From: an uncultured Candidatus Poseidoniales archaeon
Lineage (GTDB): Archaea > Thermoplasmatota > Poseidoniia > Poseidoniales > Poseidoniaceae
Assembly: GCA_963997415.1 (NCBI GenBank)
Contig: CAXEMN010000005.1
Coordinates: 2,647-66,646, forward strand
Direction: 5' to 3'
Length of the DNA: 64,000 bases
Below the pieces are notes generated by a model. It had not been told where the DNA came from, ran no database searches, and saw only the letters and a program-made list of their open reading frames with translations. The translations under genes and the position numbers were made by a program. Of this stretch, positions 15,825-24,757 are shown one piece after another; the stretch's first letter is position 1, and every line of letters starts with the position of its first letter.

Positions 15825-17198
15825 TTGATGGTCTCTGGTCATTCAGTTTCAAACCCAATCATTATGGGTGTCCGTTTTCGACCAAAACTGATGTCGGAAG
15901 TCGATTTTGGTTCTGGCTCATTCAGTCCCGGCCAAAATCGTCGTGGTGTTACTCAAGCACCTACGTTTCTTGACGCAGCAGATCACTTGACGGGTGGTCA
16001 GGCGTTGCCAGAAGGAGCCAGTGGAGATGGTGTGCTCCTTACCGCCGATGGTGGCCGATACACAGGGACTCTGTTTGGCGCAATCGGTCATGGCGAGGGT
16101 GAGTTGGTGTTCACCACTGGCATGATGGGGTATCAAGAATCATTGACGGATCCATCATTTGCAGGTCAAGTGCTCACCTTTACTTACCCACTGATTGGAA
16201 ATTACGGTGTTCACAGCGGTGCTTCCGAATCTAAATCCGTATGGCCTCGTGGTGTTGTTGTTCGTCATGCAATGAGTCAACCAGATCATCGTTTCTCGGT
16301 CGGTACTGTCGATGAACTGCTCCGTTCCCATGGCGTACCTGGCATCGAAAATATCGATACCCGCGCCATCACACGTAGGGTCCGTGAACTCGGGACAGTG
16401 CTGTGCGTGTTTGGTCCAGTCGAGGATGAAGACCTACTGAAAACCAAATTGGCATCGCTGACTTCACCTGAACTTGAAGACCTCGTTGATGAAGTTTCAA
16501 TTGACACAGCGGTCGTCCTCAACCCGGGTGCTTTGGATGATCTTGATCGTCCTCTGCCGCGACTTGGAGCTCTGGATTGCGGCATCAAATACAACATTCT
16601 ACGCAACCTGTGTGAACATTTCGAAGTCGTTTGGTGCCCTCCTGAAACCCCATTTTCAGTGCTTCAAGACGAGTATCAAATTGATGCTCTGTTCTGTTCC
16701 AATGGTCCTGGTGACCCCGCTCATCCAGGAAAGGCCACATTGGCAAGGGCAACGCTAGCTGAGGCCGTTCAACACCGTATGCCCGTCATGGGTATTTGTC
16801 TTGGCCATCAGCTCATGGGTCTTGCTTCCGGCCTTCAAACCTACAAGATGCGATATGGGCATCGTGGTGCGAACCAACCAGTTGTTGACCTTGTGACAGG
16901 TTCAGTCTCAATCACAAGTCAAAATCATGGTTTTGCTGTGGCCGACCCTGATGCAGGTATGCTCGCAGCACACCCTTCTGGCGCTTGCTCTGCTCCCGGA
17001 GAAAACATGCATGGTGCTGAGGTGAAGGTTCGATACGTCAATGCCAACGATCGCACTGTCGAAGGTCTTGACCTCGTTGGTCATCCCTCGTTCACAGTTC
17101 AATTCCATCCAGAGGCCTGCCCTGGTCCGCACGATGCTGCGCCACTGTTTGGCCGGTTCCGTTCAATTGTTGATGAACACCTTGGGGGTGCTGACTAA
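15825..17198 (+). CDS. carA: Carbamoyl-phosphate synthase small (glutaminase) subunit
   Basis: VFTTGMMGYQESLTDPSFAGQVLTFTYPLIGNYG, catalytic GICLGHQL, and QFHPEA. Homology begins near residue 70 of the maximal ORF, so the true start may be ATG 15891, TTG 15987 or GTG 16032. Confidence 0.9.
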   Translation: MMVSGHSVSNPIIMGVRFRPKLMSEVDFGSGSFSPGQNRRGVTQAPTFLDAADHLTGGQALPEGASGDGVLLTADGGRYTGTLFGAIGHGEGELVFTTGMMGYQESLTDPSFAGQVLTFTYPLIGNYGVHSGASESKSVWPRGVVVRHAMSQPDHRFSVGTVDELLRSHGVPGIENIDTRAITRRVRELGTVLCVFGPVEDEDLLKTKLASLTSPELEDLVDEVSIDTAVVLNPGALDDLDRPLPRLGALDCGIKYNILRNLCEHFEVVWCPPETPFSVLQDEYQIDALFCSNGPGDPAHPGKATLARATLAEAVQHRMPVMGICLGHQLMGLASGLQTYKMRYGHRGANQPVVDLVTGSVSITSQNHGFAVADPDAGMLAAHPSGACSAPGENMHGAEVKVRYVNANDRTVEGLDLVGHPSFTVQFHPEACPGPHDAAPLFGRFRSIVDEHLGGAD

Positions 17199-20100
17199 TG
17201 CCACGTCGAGATGACCTCAAGACCATCATGGTGCTTGGCAGTGGTCCAATTAAGATTGGACAGGCTGCAGAATTTGATTTCTCAGGAAGTCAAGCAGTGC
17301 AGGCGTTAAGGGAGGATGGATACGAGGTGATCCTCGTCAATTCAAACCCAGCAACCATTCAAAATGATCCGGAAATGGCGGATAAAATCTACATTGAACC
17401 TTTGATACCCGACACGGTTCGCAGGATTTTGGAAATCGAAAAACCATGTGCACTTCTTGCAGGGATGGGCGGCCAAACCGCACTCAATATTGCCAGTGAA
17501 CTTGCTCACGATGGGTCACTTGAACGAATCGGTGTCGAATTGATTGGTTCTGATTTGGATGCGATCGACAAGGCTGAGGACCGTGAACTGTTCAACGAAG
17601 TGTGCGATTCCATTGGTTTGCCCATTTCTGAAGCAATTGCCTGCAACACGATGGAGGAGGTCATCGCTGCAGCCGAAGAAATCGGCAGTTGGCCAATCTT
17701 GATTCGTCCTGCGTTCACACTCGGCGGTCTTGGCGGCGGGACGGCTTGGGATATTGGCCAGCTTGTCGAAATTGCGACATTGGGCCTGCGCAATTCCAGA
17801 ATTAATCAGGTGCTTATTGAAGAATCAATTCTCGGTTGGCAGGAACTTGAGTACGAAGTGATGCGCGACGGTGCTGACAATGCTACGATTGTCTGTACGA
17901 TGGAAAACATCGACCCGATGGGTGTTCACACCGGGGAATCAACTGTTGTTGCGCCTCTACAGTCCTTTTCTGATGCAGATCATCAGGTGTTGCGTGACCA
18001 AGCGCTGAGTCTCATTCGAGAATTGAACATCAAAGGTGGTTGCAATGTCCAGTTTGCTTTCAATCAATTCACCGGAGAAATTCGTGTGATTGAAGTCAAT
18101 CCCCGAGTGTCGAGGTCCTCTGCCTTAGCAAGCAAAGCTACTGGGTATCCTATCGCCCGTATGGCGGCAAAGATCGCAGTTGGCTATACCCTTGATGAAC
18201 TTCCTAACCCAATTACCGGCGAGGGGACAACCGCTGCTTTTGAACCGACATTGGATTACTGCGTGGTCAAGATCCCTCGATGGCCATTCGATAAATTCCG
18301 AACAGCTGACAGAACCCTTGGTACCTCGATGAAGTCGACTGGAGAAGTGATGGCTATTGGACGCAACTTCGAAGAGGCCTTCCTCAAGGCTTGGGCTTCC
18401 CTCGAACAAGGCTGTGCCCACCCACGTCCGCTGACCCGTGCTGATGAGAGCGAAGGCGATGGTATGGCTGAGCGTGCCTTGACTCAATTACCGGACAACA
18501 CCCTCGTCGAATGGTGCCGCGTAGCGACCGATCGTAGAATGGGTGCCCTGATCGAGGCCTTCCGTCGTGGATGGTCGGTCGAAAAGGTCCATGAAATCAC
18601 CCGAATCACTCGGTGGTTCCTCTATAGATTCGAGCATATCGCTCAAACTGAACGTTCAATCACTGATTCGCAGGCCACGCCTGGAGAACTTACTCGGGAG
18701 CAACTTAAGGCATGGAAGAGCCTTGGTTTTAGCGACGCACATATCGCAGATGCGCTCTCTGGTTTCCCAGCATCCGGTCCGAAATCATTGCAGCCAGGCT
18801 TTGATGAAGAAGCGGTCATGAAGCGTCGACATGCCGTGGGGCTTCACCCGCGCTACAGAATGGTGGACTCTTGTGCTGCAGAATTCGCTGCAAAGACGCC
18901 CTACTACTATTCCACATATGAGATCGATGATGAAGTCGGTATCGATTCTCTTCCAAATATGGACGCTCGAACCAAAGAACGATTGGTGACTGTTGGCAGT
19001 GGCCCAATCCGAATCGGGCAAGGCATTGAGTTCGATTATGGATGTGTCCACGCTGTGAAGGCTATTCGAGCCGCAGGAAAGGATGCAGTGTTGATCAACA
19101 ATAATCCTGAAACCGTCTCGACTGATTTTGACACTTCAGATCGGCTGTACTTTGAACCACTCACGTTAGAATATGTCTCTGAAGTCCTTCTTCGAGAGCA
19201 GGCGCATGGAATTCTGCTCCAATTTGGCGGCCAAACCGCCATCAATTTGGCATTACCATTGAACGAGCGGTTGCCACTGCTTGCCTCAAAGGGACTTGAT
19301 CTTTCGATTATGGGCACGTCATGCGATGCGGTTGACGAAGCCAGTGATCGTGAGCGATTCGAAGCCTTTGCCAAGCGAATAGACTTGCAAATGCCGCGAG
19401 GGGCAACGGGGACAAGTTCGGATGACGTTCGGGCAGCTGTAAAGCAAATCGGCTTCCCAGTCCTGATACGGCCATCGTATGTTCTCGGTGGAAGAGGTAT
19501 GGAAATTTTGGCCAATCAACAGCAGTTGGACGCCTACCTTCGTGAAGCATACTTGGCTCCTGACAAGCCTCTGTTGGTCGATGAATACCTTGGCCATGCG
19601 ACAGAAATCGATGTTGATGCTGCTGCGGATGGAAAGGAAGTCCTCATCGGCGCCATCATGGAACACCTTGAGGAAGCAGGGATTCATTCTGGCGACTCGA
19701 CATGTTTCATTCCTGCTCAAAACATTCCAGACGCCATGCTCAAACGAATTGAGGAGCAGACAAAGGCCATTGGAATCGGATTGAACATCAAAGGCTGCTT
19801 TAACATCCAATTTGCCATTCAAGGCGATCAATTGTACACCTTGGAAGTCAACCCAAGATCATCACGAACCGTGCCGTTTGTGGCAAAGGCTACGGGTTTG
19901 CCAATGGCACGAATTGCAGCGAACGTTACGATTGGTATTCCTCTGTCTGAACAAACCATCCCTCAACGAACAACGGGGCAAGTCTGCGTCAAAGCACCGG
20001 TGTTCCCATTCATCAAACTCCGTGGTCTCGACCCAGCTCCTGGTCCCGAAATGAAGTCAACTGGTGAAGTCTATGGGTCAGATGTTTCTGCAGATGTTGC

Positions 20101-20542
20101 CTATCTCAAAGCGCGAATTGCGACCGAGGTGCCTGTTGCTAGCGATGGCGGTGCGTACCTCACCGTACGAAATGATGACAAGCAACGACTGGTTCCTATA
20201 GCAAAAGATTTGGTTGAACTTGGCTTCACTGTCTATGCCACACCAGGAACATGTGATGTGCTTCGTGCTCATGATGTACCGGCCACTGTGGCGTACAGAA
20301 TCGCTGACAAAAACCACCCTGATGCCCTTGATCTCATGCGCGAGGGGAAGGTCTCATTCATTGTCAATGTCCCAACCGTGTCTGGTGGCGCGGTAAGGGA
20401 TGGCAATATGATGCGAAGGTTGGCAGTTGAATTGAACATACCCTTTGTCACCACACTGAGAGGTGCAAGTATGGAAGTTGCCGCCATGAAGGCAGCAAAA
20501 GCAGGTCCACTTGAACCTCGCCGTTTGACCGTGCATTACTGA
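17198..20542 (+). CDS. carB: Carbamoyl-phosphate synthase large subunit
   Basis: 1114 aa with duplicated ATP-grasp halves (IMVLGSGPIKIGQAAEFDFSG / LVTVGSGPIRIGQGIEFDYG; VNPRVSRSSALASKATGYPIA / VNPRSSRTVPFVAKATGLPMA) and a C-terminal MGS-like domain. The ATG overlaps the carA stop (TAATG). Confidence 0.97.
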   Translation: MPRRDDLKTIMVLGSGPIKIGQAAEFDFSGSQAVQALREDGYEVILVNSNPATIQNDPEMADKIYIEPLIPDTVRRILEIEKPCALLAGMGGQTALNIASELAHDGSLERIGVELIGSDLDAIDKAEDRELFNEVCDSIGLPISEAIACNTMEEVIAAAEEIGSWPILIRPAFTLGGLGGGTAWDIGQLVEIATLGLRNSRINQVLIEESILGWQELEYEVMRDGADNATIVCTMENIDPMGVHTGESTVVAPLQSFSDADHQVLRDQALSLIRELNIKGGCNVQFAFNQFTGEIRVIEVNPRVSRSSALASKATGYPIARMAAKIAVGYTLDELPNPITGEGTTAAFEPTLDYCVVKIPRWPFDKFRTADRTLGTSMKSTGEVMAIGRNFEEAFLKAWASLEQGCAHPRPLTRADESEGDGMAERALTQLPDNTLVEWCRVATDRRMGALIEAFRRGWSVEKVHEITRITRWFLYRFEHIAQTERSITDSQATPGELTREQLKAWKSLGFSDAHIADALSGFPASGPKSLQPGFDEEAVMKRRHAVGLHPRYRMVDSCAAEFAAKTPYYYSTYEIDDEVGIDSLPNMDARTKERLVTVGSGPIRIGQGIEFDYGCVHAVKAIRAAGKDAVLINNNPETVSTDFDTSDRLYFEPLTLEYVSEVLLREQAHGILLQFGGQTAINLALPLNERLPLLASKGLDLSIMGTSCDAVDEASDRERFEAFAKRIDLQMPRGATGTSSDDVRAAVKQIGFPVLIRPSYVLGGRGMEILANQQQLDAYLREAYLAPDKPLLVDEYLGHATEIDVDAAADGKEVLIGAIMEHLEEAGIHSGDSTCFIPAQNIPDAMLKRIEEQTKAIGIGLNIKGCFNIQFAIQGDQLYTLEVNPRSSRTVPFVAKATGLPMARIAANVTIGIPLSEQTIPQRTTGQVCVKAPVFPFIKLRGLDPAPGPEMKSTGEVYGSDVSADVAYLKARIATEVPVASDGGAYLTVRNDDKQRLVPIAKDLVELGFTVYATPGTCDVLRAHDVPATVAYRIADKNHPDALDLMREGKVSFIVNVPTVSGGAVRDGNMMRRLAVELNIPFVTTLRGASMEVAAMKAAKAGPLEPRRLTVHY

Positions 20543-20545
20543 GCA

Positions 20546-21808
20546 TCAGCAAGCATCGTATGCATCGATGATGTACTTGGTAAGTGGACTTGTCCACGCC
20601 AATTCACTGATGCCAGCTTCGCCCTCGATGTCGTAGATTCTTACGACATCTCGAACCCTTACGTTCCCGTCACTTGAACGGGCAAGAATCGTTGCTGGTT
20701 TGACGGTTTTTCCAGTGCCATGAGGGTCATATACAGTATCGAGGGCTTCGCTAAGGAACCAATCCGCTTTACCGCCTGGTTCACCGTCGTATGTTTTCTT
20801 GACCTTCTTTGGCCCAAACATGCCGCCTGATTTCTTCTTGGTACCAGACGCCGCTTTTGTCGCCGCCTTCTTGGCAGCGCTTTGCTTGCCTTTCGAGGCC
20901 TGCTTCTTTGGCGTGGATTTAGTGTCTGCACTTGCCACTGCTCGGCCCTTGAATTCTTCTTCCATCTCGGAGCGGATCTCTTTTTCGAGTTCTTTACGAA
21001 TGCTAACTTCGAGTTTTTCGCGCAACTTTGCTTCGATGACTCCAGGGTCGCCTTTTGCCGCTCGGGCGATTGCATCATCGCGTTCATCCTTCATCGCCTG
21101 CATCACATTGAGATAGTGAGCAGCAACTTGTATGAGGGACGTCTCCATGGAAGCCTCAAGTTGCATCGAGACAACGGCACTTGAAGAGTCTCGCCACTTT
21201 CGCCATTGTAGCATGGTGTTGGCATGAATGTCTGAACCACATTTTGGACAGAAACTTCGCTTTGGTGGTTTCAATACAGGGATCGCACGCATAGCATCAG
21301 GGTCAATTCCTTCGTGTTCACCACTTGCAACATCGTGAATGTGAGTGGATGCTTCCATTCCGTTATCCATCGCATCTCGGAACAACCCTTCACTGAGGTC
21401 AAGCTTTCCTGCTTGGATTAAATCCCATCCATTTGTTCCACGTACAACCGCTCGTACAGCAGCGTTAGCTGCGGGAGATTGCCCCCATTCGTGGTTGGCA
21501 TAGGCTGAGCCTGCTGACTCTTCCAGTTCGGTACCAAAGGCACCTGCAAGATCGACATCTTCGCCTTCTGCAGGAGCAGCGATGCCAAGGAGAATCGGGT
21601 TTGCTCCCTCTTCGACCTTTGCAATCATATCGAATTTTTCTGCCATGGAAAGGTCTTCGCGGTGTCGAATCACTTCCTTGATTTGATTCAAATCGTGACC
21701 GGTTGCTGTGATTGGTCCCTGGCCAGTGAGGTCGTGACCACATGACAGGCAAAACTTAGCCGCCGCTTCAACACCCGCTTCACAGGTTGGACAGTACACC
21801 CCCGCCAT
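20546..21808 (-). CDS. Hypothetical protein with two zinc-ribbon motifs and a Lys/Ala-rich basic linker
   Basis: CPTCEAGVEAAAKFCLSCGH and FCPKCGSDIH are CxxC pairs. A coiled segment is followed by TKSTPKKQASKGKQSAAKKAATKAASGTKKKSGGMFGPKKVKK. The start is ATG 21808 or TTG 21838. Confidence 0.6.
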   Translation of the reverse strand: MAGVYCPTCEAGVEAAAKFCLSCGHDLTGQGPITATGHDLNQIKEVIRHREDLSMAEKFDMIAKVEEGANPILLGIAAPAEGEDVDLAGAFGTELEESAGSAYANHEWGQSPAANAAVRAVVRGTNGWDLIQAGKLDLSEGLFRDAMDNGMEASTHIHDVASGEHEGIDPDAMRAIPVLKPPKRSFCPKCGSDIHANTMLQWRKWRDSSSAVVSMQLEASMETSLIQVAAHYLNVMQAMKDERDDAIARAAKGDPGVIEAKLREKLEVSIRKELEKEIRSEMEEEFKGRAVASADTKSTPKKQASKGKQSAAKKAATKAASGTKKKSGGMFGPKKVKKTYDGEPGGKADWFLSEALDTVYDPHGTGKTVKPATILARSSDGNVRVRDVVRIYDIEGEAGISELAWTSPLTKYIIDAYDAC

Positions 21809-21922
21809 GTACCCATATACACGCTCACCTCTTTTCAATGGTGATGGTCAAATGCCGCCATTTTGTTGCGGACTGTATGTCATCTCATGCGACGGAGGCT
21901 GTCGCATGGCCCTCAAATCGTG

Positions 21923-23524
21923 TCAGTTGATGTGTTCAGCACAGGCGTTCAGGAGTTCAACAATTTTCTTTTGGTCCATTTCTGCGAGGATTGGAGCAAG
22001 TCTTGGCCCACGCTCTTTGCCCATGAGTGCAGCATATGCTGCTCTGTAGCCTGCTTTTGGAGAGAGTTCCATGTTTTTTGCCGACTGAGGGATTGCAGCA
22101 CCAATGCTGGTAGCATTCCATTCGCAGTCTTCGAGTGCCTTTGCAAGCGAGTTGAGTACCGAGCGTTCATCATCGTTCAGTTCTGCGAGCGCCGAATGGT
22201 TTGGAGCATCCAAAATACTGATTTTCATTTCAAGAGGGAAATGCTTGGAATCAATCCATGCACGCATTCGCGTTAACCGATCGATGAGTGATTGAGTTGG
22301 TTGTTCAATGGCTCCTGCGTGTCGTAGACTGTCCCACACAGCATCATCTGTGGTTTTGGTTTGGGCAAGAAGCGCAAGATGCCTGAAGGTGACTGCTGTG
22401 GCTTGAGCCACTTTCCCTTCTTCAACTGCGGCCATTCGCATGGCTCCAGCTGCATCTTCAACCTGTACTCGTTGACGCCGACTTAGTTCTTCATTTGCTA
22501 ATTCTGAGGTGTAATCTCTTGCTGCAAGTCGTTCATATTCGTCTGCGAGGTTCACCAAACTCATCCCAGTATCGAATTCAATAGCCTTGTTTGGTTTTGA
22601 TTTTGCAACGAGCAGACGAAGGATTTCAGGTGGTACCAATTCGAGCGCTTCAATCGGACCGATGGTGTTTCCTGCAGAGGAGGACATGGCCCCTTGACCC
22701 TTCAGGCTGATCCATTCATAGGTCAATGGATGAGGTGCTTCATGGCCCAAAATTTGCACGATTTCTCGCCCAGTTGCGTAGGACCCGCCTGCAGCACCGT
22801 GATCTTTGCCAAATGGTTCACAGGTGACGCCAATCCAGCCCCACTTGGCAGGCCAATCGATTCGCCAGGGGAGTTTTCCCTCTCCTTTGGAAATGTCTGA
22901 TGTACCATCGACGCCGTGCGAATCATGCCAATGAACAAGTGGGTATTCGTATCCGGTCACTTTTACTCCGTCGAGTGAACCCTTTGAGTCGAGTGGGCTC
23001 CATGGAAACCAATCTTCTGCTAATTCACGCCCTGATATTCGCTCAATAGCTTCACGGATCTCGTCTGCTCTGTCGCATGCAATCTTGGCCAGAGCATCGA
23101 ATTTCCCGGACTGATACGATTCAAGGTTGTCGATGATTCGTGGCCGGACACCAATTTGTTCTAACGCCTCGAGGAAAGGTTTCAGGAAATGATCACCATA
23201 GGTCCATCCCTCCTCAAATCTCTTCCAATCTGGGTTTCCATCTGCATCAGGTGCTGGAATGGATCCAAGTTGGTGCCCAATGAATTGCTCATATTCAGGT
23301 CCTAGAAATTCGTAGACTTTTCGCAGTGGGTCTGCGGTATCGACGACAAAAACAAACTCGACATCCAATCCTGCATTTCGAGCCGCTCGTGCGATCATAT
23401 CGCCTGTGAGGATTTCACGAAGGTGCCCAATGTGGAATTCGCCACTTGGTGTGATTCCGGTTGAAACAATGTGCTTGTCGCCTTTGTGGCTCAACGCCTT
23501 CGCTGCGACATCTGCCCAGTGCAT
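21923..23524 (-). CDS. lysK: Lysyl-tRNA synthetase, class I (archaeal type)
   Basis: TGITPSGEFHIGHLREI (HIGH-type), GAMSSSAGN (KMSKS-type), and a length of 533 aa typical of class I LysRS. Confidence 0.93.
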   Translation of the reverse strand: MHWADVAAKALSHKGDKHIVSTGITPSGEFHIGHLREILTGDMIARAARNAGLDVEFVFVVDTADPLRKVYEFLGPEYEQFIGHQLGSIPAPDADGNPDWKRFEEGWTYGDHFLKPFLEALEQIGVRPRIIDNLESYQSGKFDALAKIACDRADEIREAIERISGRELAEDWFPWSPLDSKGSLDGVKVTGYEYPLVHWHDSHGVDGTSDISKGEGKLPWRIDWPAKWGWIGVTCEPFGKDHGAAGGSYATGREIVQILGHEAPHPLTYEWISLKGQGAMSSSAGNTIGPIEALELVPPEILRLLVAKSKPNKAIEFDTGMSLVNLADEYERLAARDYTSELANEELSRRQRVQVEDAAGAMRMAAVEEGKVAQATAVTFRHLALLAQTKTTDDAVWDSLRHAGAIEQPTQSLIDRLTRMRAWIDSKHFPLEMKISILDAPNHSALAELNDDERSVLNSLAKALEDCEWNATSIGAAIPQSAKNMELSPKAGYRAAYAALMGKERGPRLAPILAEMDQKKIVELLNACAEHIN

Positions 23525-23535
23525 TCTTCTTCACC

Positions 23536-24129
23536 TCAAACAGGGACGGCTCGAATGATACCTCTAAGGGGTACATCTTGAATCTCGTTTCGAGTGGTTT
23601 TGTTGACAAGAACAATGGCAAGTCCAACGTCCCCACCCACTGAACGAATCGCTTCAATGGTCTTGCCCATGGTAACTCCGGATGAAAGGACATCGTCAAT
23701 GATGACCACCTTCTTGCCAGCCACTTTGCCGTACTTGTTGGAGAGAACGCCTTGACCGTCTTCGCCTTCGACGTTTCGGAAAATGGTGAACTCAGCGCCC
23801 AAGTTTCGTGCAACTTCGTGAGCGAAGGTGATGCCGTTGATGGAAATACCAACGACGGTGTCAATCCCTTCCAGTCCAAGTTCTTCGTCGGCGACATCGG
23901 CCATAATCGTGCCAACAGCAGCGATCCGTTCTGGACGCACACCGATGCTTCGCCAACCGATTCGAACATCTGTTGGACGGTCTTCGTTTCCACCTTCAGT
24001 AAGCAACCACGAGATGGTGTCTTGCGAGAGTGAAAGTTCATCTGCAATTTGTTGGGAATTAAGCCCTTCTTTCCGCATGCCATAGGCTTGTGCTCTTAGT
24101 TCTTCGATGCTGAACACCATACTACTCAT
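23536..24129 (-). CDS. PyrE-like protein: N-terminal HTH fused to a phosphoribosyltransferase domain (GfcR/COG0856 type)
   Basis: GLNSQQIADELSLSQDTISWLL (HTH) followed by the PRPP-binding loop KKVVIIDDVLSSGVTM. Confidence 0.85.
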   Translation of the reverse strand: MSSMVFSIEELRAQAYGMRKEGLNSQQIADELSLSQDTISWLLTEGGNEDRPTDVRIGWRSIGVRPERIAAVGTIMADVADEELGLEGIDTVVGISINGITFAHEVARNLGAEFTIFRNVEGEDGQGVLSNKYGKVAGKKVVIIDDVLSSGVTMGKTIEAIRSVGGDVGLAIVLVNKTTRNEIQDVPLRGIIRAVPV

Positions 24130-24212
24130 GTTGCGCTAAGGTCCCAACCTCATCAATCCTTTGCCCGTTCGCCTCCGATGGCTTCAAGAAAGAGCGGCAC
24201 AGGCCTTGACGC

Positions 24213-24623
24213 ATGAGCGACTTCGATTACGAGTCCCTACTCGACCGAGCACGAGAGAACATTCCCGAAGAAATCTCTTCGAGGTCGAGGTGGAGATTAC
24301 CGCCGCCACAAATCCTCATCGAAGGACAGAACACTATTTTCCGTAATTTCAACGAGGTTGTCTCGATGATGGATCGAGATGACAACCACGTCTACCAGTA
24401 CATTCTCAATGAACTTGGCACCTCTGGTTCTCGTGATGGTCCACGTGCTCGATTCAAGGGTCGTATCCCACCAAAGCGAATCAAGAAGACCATCTCCAAC
24501 TATGTCAATGCCTACATCAAGTGCACTCAATGTGGTGCGCCTGATACTCACTTTGAGAAGCACGATCGAACAACCTTGCTCAAGTGTCAAGCATGCGGTG
24601 CGACTCGCCCAGTCAAACTTTGA
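24213..24623 (+). CDS. eif2b: Translation initiation factor aIF-2 beta subunit
   Basis: 136 aa with YESLLDRA, RWRLPPPQILIEGQNTIFRNF, and a C-terminal zinc ribbon CTQCGAPDT...CQACGA. Confidence 0.92.
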   Translation: MSDFDYESLLDRARENIPEEISSRSRWRLPPPQILIEGQNTIFRNFNEVVSMMDRDDNHVYQYILNELGTSGSRDGPRARFKGRIPPKRIKKTISNYVNAYIKCTQCGAPDTHFEKHDRTTLLKCQACGATRPVKL

Positions 24624-24727
24624 TAAGTCTCTTTTTCTATAGAGAAGAAACACCTTTCCTTACGAGACGTAATGATCGATTTGTTCGGTTTTTTCATATC
24701 GTTCACTACAGATTTACGAATGGATAA

Positions 24728-24734
24728 GATAAAT
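24728..24734 (+). promoter_or_regulatory. TATA-like element (GATAAAT) about 27 nt upstream of ATG 24758
   Basis: aaGATAAATgc lies in the 134-nt gap. A perfect 5-bp hairpin CGCCC-TTTA-GGGCG (24740-24753) sits between it and the ATG. Confidence 0.3.
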
Positions 24735-24757
24735 GCAGGCGCCCTTTAGGGCGGTGC

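Noticed and set aside
19036-19831. 159-aa and 170-aa minus-strand ORFs
   Set aside because: They lie antisense within carB, whose frame is conserved throughout.
23415-24083. 222-aa minus-strand ORF spanning the lysK/pyrE-like junction
   Set aside because: It is out of frame with two well-supported genes and crosses their intergenic spacer, so it is very unlikely to be coding.
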